From: Chara braunii
Lineage: Eukaryota > Plantae > Charophyceae
Direction of reading: 5' to 3'
NCBI GenBank assembly: GCA_003427395.1
Contig: BFEA01000011.1
Span: forward strand, 4,369,832-4,433,831
Length of the DNA: 64,000 nt
Part shown: one piece after another, positions 1 to 14,309 of the stretch
Layout of the letters: the number at the start of each line of letters is the position of its first letter
How positions within the stretch are numbered: position 1 is the first letter of the stretch
Notes under the pieces: generated by a model
Databases searched by the model: none
Seen by the model: only the letters and a program-made list of their open reading frames with translations
What the model was told of the DNA's origin: nothing
Position numbers and translations under genes: made by a program

Positions 1-599
1 GGCCAATGGTAAGCACGATGCGACCTAGGCCTGTGCTAAAAAGGAGTGTCCCGACTGTAGCCGTGCAGACTCGGATGCGGCGACGAAACGAGCAGTTTCA
101 GAAGGAAAGAGAGTCTGAAAAGGCAGTCGAAGAAGAACCTATCCCCGTTAGTGAGAACGATGAGGATAACGAGGATGAGAAGTTGCGGGTCGAAGAGGAA
201 GAACGGGCTCGTCGTCGTGCACTGGAAAGGGAGTCGGAGAAAGGGAAGGCCGAAGCAAGCAAGGAAGAGTTGTCTCTAAAAAGTTAAAAGGCTAAGTTTC
301 CCCTGCGTGACGCGGCCTGGAGGGCCCTCGCTCGTGCGGGGGCCGATGCGCTCGACAACGGAATCTATGGTCCTACCAATGCTCCTGTATAGAGTACAAA
401 GCACAGGGGACCTTCAGGTTTCCCTTAAGGCTTACTGCCCTATCCTGCCAGGAGCCAGATGGTCAGCCCTACAATGGTAGAAAGAGTTGGACACACAACT
501 ACCAACACCCTCCCTTACCAGAATTAGGGTGGTTGAAAATCAAGACAAAGGTTTCTTCCAATACGAACCTTCCACCCCGCTGGACTATCTCCCATTTGA

Positions 600-1861
600 T
601 CCAGCAGAGTGGGAATGGACATGGGGGGGATCTCAAATAATGTCCTTGTGGTGAAGAAGGGCTATAGAGCAGCACGAAAACCGGCTAGCATCGCAGATCA
701 AATCATTAAGCGGTGGGAGAGAGACTCCCCGCTGCAGCTACAGGACTTCAGACGCTTCAGGTGGTCCGCAGTTTCTCACATCCTTCCGACTAGCCACAGA
801 GCCCTCCAATGACAAATCATACATAGATGTTTGCCCACCCCAGACTGGATCACATCACGGAATGACCTGGAGGAAAAATGTCTGCTCTCCCCACTGTGTT
901 TCATACTGCTCCCACACACTTCCCAACAGAAGAGCTACCCTGGAGCATTGCTTGCTGGAATGCCCCATTGTGCTTCAAGTGTGGAGGTGGTGGGACGCAG
1001 CTTGGCACTACTTCATTGATCACCACCTCCCCTGGGGAGAGCAGGTTAACCGAGCACCCATTTTTCAGGCCCATTTATAAGAAAACCAGACAGTCATTTT
1101 AACAACACTTCACACCAATCTATAGAGTGCACTTCTTATGACCCCATCACAGGAAAAAACCCTAAAAAAAATAATTAAAAACATATAAAACAGCAAGCCA
1201 AAGGTGTATTTCCATGAAATTCGGCCCAAAAAAAACTCGACCAATTTTAGAAATTTCAGAAATCTTAATAGCGCAAATTCTAAAACTCCAAATAACCCCA
1301 AATTTCATATACGGCAACCCTATCAAAATGCATATATAGCAAAAACTTGAAATTCCAAAAAAACATGAAATTTGAGCCCAAAACCCTAATTTTAGAAATT
1401 TCAGGCCTGAAAACCAGATGCCCACCCTACTATTAGGGACCCCCCCGACAGCGTCCGGGGCATGGACCTCGTTGATGACTAATCTCTTCACATACTCCAA
1501 ACGAACTGTGCTAATGGGCGCCTGAAGGATGTACTGCTCCTATGAGAGAGAAAAACATAACTATGGCTTTATGCATGCCCCGTCAACGATTTCAGACACG
1601 ATCTCTGCCCATACTCAGGCAACTTGGAAACAACTGCAGCTCAACTTGGCCGTTGAGCCAAACATTGAGAAAAAACAACAGCTACGGAATAGCTTTATGG
1701 AGACATGGACTGATCCAAACCATAGGCTCTGCAGTCTCAATGATAATAACACTCTCTCATGGCACCCCTGGCTCCCCTCAGAGACACTATGGGAAATACT
1801 GCCAACTCTCCACTTCCAAGTAACTCATCAACCAACAAACTTTGTCCTCATCTATGTCTGA
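600..1861 (+). mobile_element. LINE ORF2 3' remnant interrupted by an AT-rich insert (about 1052-1430)
   Basis: LEHCLLECPIVLQVWRWW zinc-finger end. Coding-like sequence resumes after an insert with degenerate inverted ends (TTTTCAGGCC / GGCCTGAAAA). Confidence 0.65.
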
Positions 1862-2342
1862 CCGTTCGTCTGTTAATGCCAAAATACAGGTAATATGNNN
1901 NNNNNNNNNNNNNNNNNNNNNNNNNNNNNNNNNNNNNNNNNNNNNNNNNNNNNNNNNNNNNNNNNNNNNNNNNNNNNNNNNNNNNNNNNNNNNNNNNNNN
2001 NNNNNNNNNNNNNNNNNNNNNNNNNNNNNNNNNNNNNNNNNNNNNNNNNNNNNNNNNNNNNNNNNNNNNNNNNNNNNNNNNNNNNNNNNNNNNNNNNNNN
2101 NNNNNNNNNNNNNNNNNNNNNNNNNNNNNNNNNNNNNNNNNNNNNNNNNNNNNNNNNNNNNNNNNNNNNNNNNNNNNNNNNNNNNNNNNNNNNNNNNNNN
2201 NNNNNNNNNNNNNNNNNNNNNNNNNNNNNNNNNNNNNNNNNNNNNNNNNNNNNNNNNNNNNNNNNNNNNNNNNNNNNNNNNNNNNNNNNNNNNNNNNNNN
2301 NNNNNNNNACCCGTTTTCCAGCAGCAGGACAGGGCAAAGAGA

Positions 2343-2378
2343 GTCTCTTATACACATCTAGATGTGTATAAGAGACAG
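2343..2378. other. Nextera mate-pair junction adapter (assembly artefact)
   Basis: GTCTCTTATACACATCT+AGATGTGTATAAGAGACAG next to an N-gap; 2309-2342 duplicates 9206-9239. Confidence 0.97.
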
Positions 2379-5300
2379 AATCCAAAGAGCGGCCAAAGGA
2401 GAAAGGGTCTACTCAGCTGAAGTCAGGTGTCATACAACATGTTTAAATGCTGCTCAACAATACAACGATACAATTTAGTACAACTTAGCCAAATACTGTA
2501 AAATGCATTCATAGATTGCACCAACTTCACCGCACCATGTAGTTAGTAACTTACACATTACACACTTGACATACATGAACTCATGCATCATACATAAGAA
2601 ATTTGGAATCAGAACTTAGCACTCAATACAACACTGTCAATACTGTCAAACGCCGCTTAATAGTACGACCCAGTACAACATTACTAATGTTACTAATTGC
2701 AAACACAGATAGACATAGATAAACGTAGATAGTACTGTACTATAGGCTTACAAACAAACATACTACGTTACACTTAAGACGGCCATGATGGAACGCCCGC
2801 TAGCAATGCGTCTGGCGCACGTGCGCTGCCCATCTACGCGACTGTCACGAGTCTTTGCGCATGACGGTGCTCGCACGCGAGGGTGCACGCGCAAGGGTGC
2901 TCGTGCGTGTGTGAAGCGTGTTAATGCACGCTTCAGCGCTCGCACGGGAAGGTGAGCACCAGGGAGTGTGAGTGACCAAAATCTACGACGAGCATGAAGT
3001 GAAATGCGGGATGGTGATCAACGGCTTGAACCTCGTCACTTAATGTCCTCTGACTTTTGAAAGCACGTCGGTGCCATCTCTCTGCTTCGCGCTTCATGTG
3101 AGTGATGCTACAGGCTAGCATGCCGAAAGAAGGGGAGTATTGCTTGGTATTGAGTGGTACTAGTAATCACTAGCACCCTTCATCTTGCGAATTTAGGTGG
3201 AGGATGGTCGGTTCATCGCGAAAAGGAGAAGAGTTCGGTGTGTCCTGCATGGTGGGAGGAGGATTGTTGGGGGATAACGAGTGGGAGGTCTTCGAAGTTG
3301 GAGCCCAAGAGTAGCTAAGTGTTCGTCACAAGAGAGTAAACTTCAACTCGTCTTCAAGTCCTTGGCTGATCGTCGCCCGCTGTGCTTCAACTGAGCGTCA
3401 ATCACAAGAGATTATCATCGGCAACAACACAATCATCATCCATCATCGTTATCATCATCGCTTTTTAAGTGGTGTTGAGACATGGGTTCATCATCATCAT
3501 CAGTTTCATTTTCTTCAGTTGTGTCGTGAAATGGGTAAGTAGGGATGTTTTGGGGAGGAAATCTCTTTCTCAATTCCTATTCTATTCTCTTACCTCTCAT
3601 TTTTTCTCATTTCCTCTCTTCTACTTTTACCTTCCTGTCTTTTGTCCTCGCCTATCGGCCGTCACTCGTCGTGGGACACTGCGAGCTCATTTGTCTCGCC
3701 GCAACTGGTTTGTTACAGGGCTGCGCATGGGCTGGTTGGGTTGTGTGCGGAATGGCAGGGCGATGAGGATGAGGGAGGGAGAGGAAGAGGTAGGGGAGAT
3801 AGAGAGGTAGATAAGATAGAAATAGAGTTGGGTGAGGGGGGGGAAGGGAGATTTCACGCATGTCTCTTTTTACTGATTTTACCCAGCATTAGCATCATCA
3901 TAAGTTTTCATGGTATGGTGGGGGAAGTCTCATTTTTTATATCAACGTAGAATTTCTACAACCAACTAATTAGTCATCTAAGAATCTAAAAATTTATCCA
4001 TCACAATCATCATTTTTAATACTATCATCTATAATCAACATCCTAATTAAACATCTTATTATATTCTCAACCATCTTAGCTTTGGATCTTAGCTTACATA
4101 TTAATAACCTACGACCGTATTTTTTAATACCGAAAATCCCTAATTAATACATCTGTTTTTTAATTTTTCACACATATCTTCTATCAAGAACCTAGTTATA
4201 AATTACTATTCGACTATTTCTTTTTTCATCTCTGAGTGGCATGAATGCTCCTTTTCTGCATTCGTATTTTCATCTCATATTTGTGAAGAATATGTTGTCT
4301 TTTTCTATAATTCTAAAACTACCATCCTGAACCTCTCATGTGGGATAATGTGGTACGGGACGGGAAGAGCCCAACTTTGCAGGTGTTTCATTAGGAGGTT
4401 GGTGAAACCCTGGAGGGGGCACAGCCAGATTGTGATGAATACTCTATTCTGAGGCTGGGCATTAAATCCCAGCGGCGGCAGATTAGGGTAAGGGATAGAC
4501 AGTGGTATACTTTGGGTGGGAACTGTATGCCACTGGGGAAATGAGGTGGGATTGTACCTAGTTGGAGTAGAAGAGGAAGGATCAATTACTATTTTTTCTT
4601 CAGCGGAGGCAATGATGGGACAGGGGAATTGAGGAAATGGAGGAAGGAAGGGAGGGGGGAGATGTTTCCTTTTCTTATCATCTGAATGCTATATCAAGCT
4701 TCCTGTCCTTTCATCCCTGGTGACTTCTGGTTTCCTGTTATGAGGTACAGTATTCCAAGAGATGGTAAAATCCAGGCTGTTGTTAGCAGAGTTGTCTAGT
4801 TTTGTGCTCCTGGTATGCCGATGCCAAAACGATGCTGACCAATGCTGGGGCGTTGCCCTGTAACCTGCAGGTAGTAGGAGCGCTAGGGCTTGCAGAGAGA
4901 TTTGGGGATTGTCGAGGGTGGAAAGTAATCCAGTGGTGTACGGGGAGGAGCCGCCAGAAAGACCTACTACTCGTTGTGGGACCATGCAAGCCCTCTGACT
5001 ACTGTTCTTCATCTTGCGAGCTATGTGATGGAGGAGGTCGGCTCGTCGCGAGAAGAAAAAGACTAGGGGGGGGTTGCAGGGATGTGCGGGGGTTGGTAGG
5101 GCAATAGTCTAGGTGGCGAGAACATGATAATTATGGTTGATGCTTGATTGGATGTTATTTTCTTTCTTTTAGGTTGTGTCTCATAGCTGGCGAGGAGTTG
5201 CTTAGGGTTGGAAAAATCAGGATTGCTGTTATAGTACCTATGTGATCTTTTGATAGATTAATGCTCTGTTTTACAATCATCACCATCACTACAATCATCA

Positions 5301-5596
5301 TCGTTATAATCGTCTTCATCACATGAGGGACGCTGAGCCCGGTTCTTAGTAGGTTTTGTTGGGTTCTTCCGGGTAGACTGTGAGGACCCCGGCCTCAATT
5401 TGTCTCGTTGATAATATCAGCCTTGGGCACTGGGCCCGTTTAAAAAAAAAAGAAAAGAACATGTACCATATGCCTACAAACAGTCACACTATATTACACA
5501 CAAAATATGTCACAGTCTATCAGTCTATTAGCCCACAGCATGCGACCAGTATCTATATTGTATATGATTTCCAAGAATCCTGGGTATCTGTAATAT

Positions 5597-5715
5597 GGGA
5601 CGCTGGGCCCGCTTCCCAGCAGGTGCTGCTCCCCACCAATAGATGGAGGGCCCCCGGACCAGCTTGACGTGACTACTCCTACCAGCACCTCAAGCTGCCT
5701 CCGAGGTCGTTTGCT

Positions 5716-5752
<37 letters not shown>
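5597..5752 (+). mobile_element. Hairpin retroposon copy with poly(A)
   Basis: Same core motif followed by a long A run. Confidence 0.72.
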
Positions 5753-5754
<2 letters not shown>

Positions 5755-5924
5755 TTTAGCAGTGGTCTCCCGTGGGATTGACTCGGTAGTGCAAAGGGTG
5801 TGAACTTTCGGGGAGGGGTATGCAGGGAGCACGGAGCGGTTCTTGGGCAGAGGACCTGGAAAAGTGCATGGTTGCGTTTTAGGCAACCAGTCCCTGTAAA
5901 AAATGCAATGGTGCAAGGGGTTAA

Positions 5925-6123
5925 ACCACCAGTACCTGGCCCAGCTATCGGCCGCGGCGCTTCCCGTATACGCGCCGCGCCATTTGGGCTTCGGCCTGCC
6001 GGACCGCATTGGCTGGAGGCCGCAGGCAAAACGAAAAAGAAAATTGTGACGGCGGTTCGGCAGGACTTTGCGCGCAGCGTGCTGGGAGGCTCGGATTCAA
6101 TAGCTGAGCGAGGTGCTGGTGGT
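5925..6123. mobile_element. MITE with TIR ACCACCAGTACC and TTAA TSD
   Basis: TTAA|ACCACCAGTACCTGGCCCAGCTA ... TAGCTGAGCGAGGTGCTGGTGGT|TTAA. Confidence 0.85.
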
Positions 6124-7739
6124 TTAAGGCCCCGGGCCAGGCCGCTGAAAAAAAAGTGTGCTCAATTTGGACATTTTTTGTGCTCATAATATTTGACAAA
6201 AGAATTTTTAAAAAATCAGGGTCACAGATCAGACACAGCGGCGAGGCCAATCGCTAGGCGTCCAAGCATCACACGCCATAATCTTCATTGAACTAGCTTG
6301 GACATGACAAAGCTCAGAAACGCAATCATTCCCTAGCGAATTGTCGAGCGCCTTGGTCCCAATGTGGGGAGCATTGCGCCTCTGGCCGTGTGTGCCAGCT
6401 ATACCTCTCATGAGTCCCTCGACAGGATAGGGTCCCCCAAGGTACAACTTACCTTCCACCCGCAGGAGTTGTAACCCTCGGTACCCGCCGAGCTACCGAT
6501 CGACATCCGAAAGCTTTTACTTGCAGTTGGAGAGGTGGATTGACCGAAGGCGTTTCTCGTGCATTGTAGCATATGAGGTACATGTGATCAACGTCTGGAT
6601 CGAACTTGTACGCAAACCATCACTTAGGTTCCTAGCCCAAGTGACGCCTGAGAAGCTAGGGCTCCTATCCAGTTTTCTCGAGATGTCCTCACCCTAGCTG
6701 GTTCCCCTAACCCCTCCTTTGTTCTCACTGTCTTTACTCTTCTTTTGTTTGCTATTCTGCCTCATGCACAAAAGACAAAAAATATGTTGGTGTATTTTCA
6801 CATGTTATAGGGAAAGATTCATTATCGTTTTCCACATTTGGTGAGTAGCGGAGCAAAGGCCAATGTTTTAGGACGTTATTGCGCTCAGGTGCACACAATA
6901 GGTGCACCAACCATCCTGAGCTCGTCTGTGCCTCCTATGTTATGAAATAAGGGGCAAAGCAGATTACAACCACTCCACGAATCCCAAGGACAGAATGTGT
7001 CTTTCGGAAGGCGCTACCAACAAGCTTAGAAATGCGAGAAGGGAAAAAAAAAAAAAAAAAAAAAAAAAAAACGAAAATGAGGACCACGACGAAAGAAACA
7101 TTGCCAAACAACCAAAACAAGAAAAAAAACATCCTTCAAACCATTTCCAGACTCATCCCCCATAACCGACTGGTCTCCGCAGCCCAACCCTCAAAATTAT
7201 GAATCCCGGCCCTGTACCTCGGTCGTGCACTGATTTCCCACCGCTCTAATCCCTCCTCCTTAATTTCGCCACCTTTCAGACGAGCTTCCAACGGCCTGAC
7301 TGTGAGTAGACGCCCGGCGACCGTTGGAGTCCGCGACACAAAATGACAAAGCCAACAGTGGAAAGTGCTGCCCCTACAGGCTGCAGATAGTCTTAGGGGC
7401 GTATCGCCCTAAGTGAACACGTGTCACCCTCTTACAAAGTCATGTCCAGTCCTGTCTATGACTTGTCGCCCCCCCCAAGCGGGGAGCCCCCTACTGGCAT
7501 TCGAATATTTTCCTCAACAATATCACGACCCCCAATTCACTCCTTCCACACAGTGCATGGTCCAGATAGTTCATCATACTACAAGTGCCCTGGTTATATC
7601 TTTGCCCTTGCTCCCTATCATTTAAACAGAAAAAAAAAAAAAAAAAAAAAAGAACACCAGCTCCATAGACCAGATCACTATCCTCGTAGGGGTCTTTCAC
7701 CCTGGGTTCCTACTTAAACCACACTCCCCATGATATTCC

Positions 7740-8252
7740 GCAACACAACCAAGTTCCTGCTGCTATCAAAGTGGGCACCCTTAGCCCTAGCCTCTACTTA
7801 GCACCTCAGCACCAGCAATATCCTCCACAGTCACATAATTGAGAGTAATGGGCGGTTAACGGGCAGTTGAAACCCTTTTGAATGGATCCAAAAGGAACAC
7901 TTGTACAAAATCAGGACTCTGGGGGAAGGGACAAAGCAATGTGTGTTCAGGCCAGAAACCCCGCTGAACGCACTGGAATGGTAGTGGAACCCTCCGGTGA
8001 TGGCCGCAGCTAACGAACTCCGACCCAAAACCCTTAAAAACCTTTCCGTAAAGACCACCTACATGTTGCTGATAGTCCATTGTAAACTAAGGGATATGTA
8101 CATTGGTTCCAGGAAAATAAGTGCAGAACTGCCAAAATTACCTCGCTCCGATGGCAGATCGCCAATCACTGCCTTCCCACAAATAACTGGTAAATTGACC
8201 ATACACAACTGGAGCAACAAGGTTGTTTGATGGAAAAAAAAAAAAAAAAAAN

Positions 8253-8288
<36 letters not shown>

Positions 8289-9060
8289 GCAAGGTCGAGC
8301 CCTCCCATGGTGCCAACGGTGCCTGCAGGGCTTGCTTGCAAAGAAAGGATGGAAACAATCGAGCATATTTTTCTGCAATGTGCAACCGCGGTCCTGACGT
8401 GGAGATGGTGGGACAGGGTGTGGAGGCAGATGATCCTGGACCAGGCGTGGGCATGGGACTGGAGAGCGATCCTGCTGGGACACTACCCAGCCCTCCAGAA
8501 AGGAACTCTTGCAGGCAACATGTCCTTTTTAGGGAGAAGGATCTTTCTATGGTTTCTGTGGTGGCAGCGTTGCTCACTTTTACTTTTTTGTTATTTTGTA
8601 ATCTTATTGGCATGATTCCTTATGGTTTTGGAAGGGGTCAGAGAGGGGGGGGAGAGGAGAGAATGTAACAGCTGAGGAACCTGTTCCAGTTCCAACTTGA
8701 GCTCATGCAACAATAGCAGGAGACAAAACGGACTCTGGACTCCCTACACAAAGCCAAGGATATATCGGAAAGAATCAAGCAAATTCGCAACAGACTCGCT
8801 GGGAGGACGGCGGGAGGGATTGCTGGCTGAAATGTGCTGGTCCGGGGACAGGGTATTTGTGAGCCAGGGAAGGGGGGCAGGCATACAGACGGAGTCCCCC
8901 GGAGACTACCGCCTGCACTTCAACAATTGGACGACTGTCGACCCCAATATACCGTTGAGAGAGGCTGAGATGTTCCCTGACCCTTTCCCACCGCACCCCC
9001 GGCCCTGGCGATGGAAGTTAGGACGCAGTAAAAGAACAGTCAGGAAAGCATTCCAAGTTC
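7740..9060 (+). mobile_element. LINE ORF2 3' remnant
   Basis: CLACKERMETIEHIFLQC...WRWW zinc-finger motif at about 8330-8420; outer boundaries approximate. Confidence 0.65.
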
Positions 9061-9597
9061 TTTTTTTTTTTTTTAAACAAAAAACGATCCGGGCAGATGC
9101 TAGGGATGCTGGTAAGAGCAGACACCGCTAGCACTGTCGGAGAGGCTCCATCTATTGGTGGGGAGCAACACCTGCTGGAAAACGGGTCCAGTTAGGTGAC
9201 GCTGGACCCGTTTTCCAGCAGCAGGACAGGGCAAAGAGACGCTGGTCCCGGTTTCCAGCACCAGGGGCTGAAACAAAGGAAGGTCTGTCCAACATTGTGT
9301 GGTTTCGGGCCCGGCCAGGTTTGTAGGAAGGAAGGAAGAGGGGCTGCTAGCTTTCTGAGCAGGACCTGACATCTGGTAAGAAGGATGAAAAGGCGGACCC
9401 CTGGGTTAGTTCTAGCTAGACCATGGTCCCGTTTTCCAGCATTCTGAAGTTCTCACAGTTCATTGCAATCAAGGGACGCTGGAAAAGCTGGACCCGTTTT
9501 CCAGCAGGTGCAGCTCCCCACCAATAGACTGGAGCCCCCAGGGGTCCAGATAGGAGTGAATGCTCTTATCATCACTCCTATCTGCAGCCACGAGCAG

Positions 9598-9631
<34 letters not shown>

Positions 9632-10635
9632 AAGCTAGATCAAGACAAGGGATGCTGGGACCGGTCCCCAGCTCTGGTGATTTTCTCAGTCTGAATGTTG
9701 CTCATATGTCTCACAAGACTTTTTACCCAGGCGCATTCTTTTTTTTTTTATTTTTTTTTTTTTTTAATGAGAAACAACCCAAACAGTCGCTAGGGGTGCT
9801 GATAAGAGCAAACACCGCTAGCGCAGTCGGGAAGGCTCCATCTATTGGTGGGGAGCGGCACCTGCTGGAAAACGGGTCCAGCCTCCCTAAACATGAAATC
9901 ATTTGATTACACATTCACAATTTGTGGTGATTGATGGGGTATGTACTTGATCTAATCTGCTGTATAGTGAAAAGCAGCATAAGCTCTCCATTCCGATGGT
10001 GGTAAGAGAACCACCAGAATCGCGGGCTTATCTGTCGGGCTGCTCCGTCTAATGGTGGGGAGCGGCACGTGCTGGAAACCAGGTCCAGCGTCCCATTGAT
10101 ACAATTCACAACACCACAGTCCGCAATCGTTGTTCCATAGGCTGTGCTTATTCCCTTGTCCCTCCGCATAAGGGATGCTGAGTGCGGTTCTCAGCACAAG
10201 ATTCTCTTGCATGATAATTCGCATGAGGATAGCATGAGGATGGCACAGAGATAGGAGAATCTTGGGGCGGCAAGGAGACTGAAGAAGGGCACCACCGGTG
10301 CCCCCCATTGGCTCTTGCCGATATACGGGCCAGACCATGGGTTAGGGAAGGGAGACAACTTGAAGGGCTACTAGCTTTTCTGAGTAGGACCTGGCGTCCG
10401 GCAAGGTGGACAAAGCGGCAGACCCTGGGTTTCTGGTTCCAGATAATCAAAGGCATGGGACTCTGGACCCGGTTCCCAGCACTGTGGCTTTTCTCCAATG
10501 GTCTCATGCTCATGTTTTTTCTCAACCTTTCACCTATGTATTTCAAAGGGACGCTGAGCCCGATTCTCAGCACGTGAAGCTCCCCACGAATAAACTGGAG
10601 CCTGAGTTTTTGTAAAAAAAAAAGGAAAAAAAAAA
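9060..10635. mobile_element. Cluster of A-tailed hairpin retroposon copies in both orientations
   Basis: GGGACGCTGGACCCGGTTTCCAGC...GCTCCCCACCAATAGATGGAGC at 9145-9191(-), 9473-9630(+), 9740-9887(-), 10042-10094(-), 10547-10635(+). Confidence 0.75.
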
Positions 10636-10899
10636 GGCTCCGTGGACCCCCCTAGGATGTGGTACAACCCATTCGAAAGGCCCTAAGTCCCCTTCCAGGA
10701 GGTCTTCTAAATCCCCACTTGGGCACAAGTCAACCCCTTCGAAAGGACCTCAAGTTTCCCCCCTGGAGACCTCTCATTCATATCATGCGGAAGATGACCC
10801 TAAGGATGCCCCACACTGGGTGCATCACCAGTCCCCTAATCCCTACGCCGCCCATAAAGCAACCCTGGTGTGTGAATGGTCATGCATCGGTCACTGCCC

Positions 10900-11570
10900 T
10901 CCCCGTTTATGTGCGCAAAGTTGAGGGCACAAAGATTTGAAGCCGCACCCTTATACATAATCTACAACAAGCCGCATTTTCCACCGATGCTCTACCGACT
11001 GAGCTCATGCCACTCTTGCTATCTTTCCTTGTAGTTCCAATCCCAGTTAAATCTTCGTTTGAAATGCTTTCAGGTCTCATTTGGATCTGGCGTTTGACTT
11101 GATGGCACTTGCACCCGATCTCTGTTTTGATGAAGTATTTGGTTGAGCTCCATACCACGTCCCTTGGATTCCTTGTCTTGTCCAGCGTAATGTTGCATTG
11201 TTCCTTCCAGATCGCCCATAATGTTTCCTAACTGATAGGTCCAGACCACATTCTTTCGGATTCGGTAAGTTGAGATGGGAGATTAGTCCATACGAGTAGT
11301 TGTGAGGGAAGTTCTGGCTGGGAAGGGTGATAGGAATAGACTCTGGACCATAGGGTCTTTGCCCTGGTCCAGTACTCTGTTGCTCCTTTGGACTAAATAA
11401 CAGCCAGTCATGCTTTCACATCCTTAATGTGAGCACACTGTGCATCTATGAGAGCCGTTCGGGTCATTGTTCCGTCTTCTGACATTGAGCCAGTGATTCA
11501 CGGGGATGCCAGCGTAGGTAACTAACCATCAGAGACTACTGATCTTGACTGGCTTTACGGATCTATACCT
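10900..11570 (-). mobile_element. LINE ORF2 3' remnant
   Basis: Minus-strand LWAIWKEQCN motif typical of the LINE C-terminus; degenerate. Confidence 0.45.
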
Positions 11571-11791
11571 TTTCCACGTTTTTTTTTAAACACAAGACAC
11601 ACTCAGCCCCTTCCATTCTGGGGGGCGCCGGTCCGGTTGCTTATCGCCGGCAAGCAGAAACAGAAGGATATTAATAACGCCTGAAATCGGGCTACGAGCG
11701 AGGGATGGGAGTAACAGACAACAGGGAGAAGCGCCCGCAACTGCCCCCGCACGCGCCATTCGATATTCCCATCTCTCACATGTACCCCCCC

Positions 11792-11822
<31 letters not shown>

Positions 11823-12891
11823 AAAAAACACCACCCTGCCGACCTCCCCACCTAATGTGCCTATCGTATTTCACCTTTACATCTTGCCTTTCCTTGTGTC
11901 AACCAGTTCCAATATGCGGAGTATGGCTATATCCTACAATTCCATCCTTAATCGTTACCTTTCGTCAGCAATCCCGCCTTTGAGTGTACGCATACTTACT
12001 CCTCTGTGATGTCCAGCCATCCCCTTCTCTCCTAATTTTGCAATCGGGCCCATTTATATCGTATTTGTGCCCTCCCCTGTGTGTCCCCTGATGATTTCTT
12101 CACATATCCTGATTCCATCAACCGTCATGTCATCATTCAGTCACAACAGAACCTTTTAGGAACCTCTATGCAACGAGCCTGAAGACTAAACCGGTCCCCC
12201 ACCTCCTCCCCCTATACCCCCCCCCGATAGCCCACCCCTAACCCCGTTCCACAAGCAACACCCATGGTACATACCGTAGGTACAGCCCCCTGCTTGTTTC
12301 TTCATTACTTTCCCCCGCCCCCCCCCCCCCCCCCCCCCCCCCCACGCCACAGGCGAAGCATGTCCACGGGTTTTTTGTAATAGTACTGTTTGTGTGTTCG
12401 TGCTCACAATCCCATCCTTGTATTGTTATTTGCCAATGGGGATCTTTGGTTCGGAGCAGCACTTTGTATCCCTGCTTAACTGAGTTTTATGTCAGGGGAA
12501 TCTGCTTTTCCCTTCCGTTATGTTTGTTTGCTAGCATCTCCACTCCTTGGGGTCAAATTTCTTTTTTTTTTTTTTTTGACACAACNCCCCCGCCAGCGTT
12601 AGTGGTGCTGATAAGACCTTGGGGTCAAATTCTAGTCTGGGGGAAGGTGAAAGTCTGGTTTCAACTAAGCTTCATAGCAACGGGCCGCGCGGAATGACGA
12701 AAAATGGGCTTTTAGCTAGGCTACCGGCCGGGCCGCCCGGATCACCTTGTTTGCCCGAGCGGCCCAGCCGTGCAAGGACCAAAGAAGGTCCCAGCAAAAA
12801 AAAAAAAAAAAAAAAAGACACAAAAAAAATGTTATGCAGAAAAATAAAGTGAACAACTTTTGCCTCAGGGTCACATCGAAATTCTCTTTAC

Positions 12892-12976
12892 ATAGCTTTC
12901 TTGGCCTTTTGGCTAAGAATAGACCAAGGGTAGTATCTGTTCTGATCAGTTTAGTATCTGATCCGTGGTCCATTGG
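12892..12976 (+). pseudogene. U2: U2 snRNA 3'-truncated retrocopy (A-rich tail to about 13020)
   Basis: ATAGCTTTCTTGGCCTTTTGGCTAAGA...GTAGTATCTGTTCTGATCAGTTTAGTATCTGAT. Confidence 0.88.
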
Positions 12977-13131
12977 AAACATAAAATAAAATACAATAAA
13001 ATACAAAATAAAATTAAACAATTTGTCACAGCCCCTCGTTTGTTGTCCTCTTCTCCCTCTCTGCCTACGGTTTACTTCTTGTGCAAATAGTTATCAAAAT
13101 CATTCTTTTAGCATAAGAAAGAAATCATTTA

Positions 13132-13416
13132 ACCACCAGTACCTGGCCCAGCTATCGAGTCCGAGCCTCGGCCGACCGATACGCCTATCCGTGCCGAGGC
13201 TCGGACTACCGGGCGCAGGCATCCCGAACGTCAGAGTGAAACGAACGAAAAAAACGGGGGAAAAAAAAAACGGAAAAAAAAACGGAAAAAAAAACGGAAA
13301 AAAAAACCGAAAACAAAAACGAAAAAAAAAACCGAAAAAAAGTATGGCAGTGTATAGTCCCACGCTATAGCACCAATGGAGGGCGCAGTACCAAGAGGCC
13401 AGCCGCGACGCGCGCG

Positions 13417-13500
<84 letters not shown>

Positions 13501-14250
13501 NNNNNNNNNNNNNNNNNNNNNNNNNNNNNNNNNNNNNNNNNNNNNNNNNNNNNNNNNNNNNNNNNNNNNNNNNNNNNNNNNNNNNNNNNNNNNNNNNNNN
13601 NNNNNNNNNNNNNNNNNNNNNNNNNNNNNNNNNNNNNNNNNNNNNNNNNNNNNNNNNNNNNNNNNNNNNNNNNNNNNNNNNNNNNNNNNNNNNNNNNNNN
13701 NNNNNNNNNNNNNNNNNNNNNNNNNNNNNNNNNNNNNNNNNNNNNNNNNNNNNNNNNNNNNNNNNNNNNNNNNNNNNNNNNNNNNNNNNNNNNNNNNNNN
13801 NNNNNNNNNNNNNNNNNNNNNNNNNNNNNNNNNNNNNNNNNNNNNNNNNNNNNNNNNNNNNNNNNNNNNNNNNNNNNNNNNNNNNNNNNNNNNNNNNNNN
13901 NNNNNNNNNNNNNNNNNNNNNNNNNNNNNNNNNNNNNNNNNNNNNNNNNNNNNNNNNNNNNNNNNNNNNNNNNNNNNNNNNNNNNNNNNNNNNNNNNNNN
14001 NNNNNNNNNNNNNNNNNNNNNNNNNNNNNNNNNNNNNNNNNNNNNNNNNNNNNNNNNNNNNNNNNNNNNNNNNNNNNNNNNNNNNNNNNNNNNNNNNNNN
14101 NNNNNNNNNNNNNNNNNNNNNNNNNNNNNNNNNNNNNNNNNNNNNNNNNNNNNNNNNNNNNNNNNNNNNNNNNNNNNNNNNNNNNNNNNNNNNNNNNNNN
14201 NNNNNNNNNNNNNNNNNNNNNNNNNNNNNNNNNNNNNNNNNNNNNNNNNN

Positions 14251-14309
<59 letters not shown>

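Noticed and set aside
6-287. Glu/Arg-rich 93-aa ORF
   Set aside because: Low complexity at the window edge, probably a TE fragment; cannot be assigned.
2343-2378. Natural Tn5 insertion
   Set aside because: The head-to-head mosaic ends match the mate-pair library adapter.
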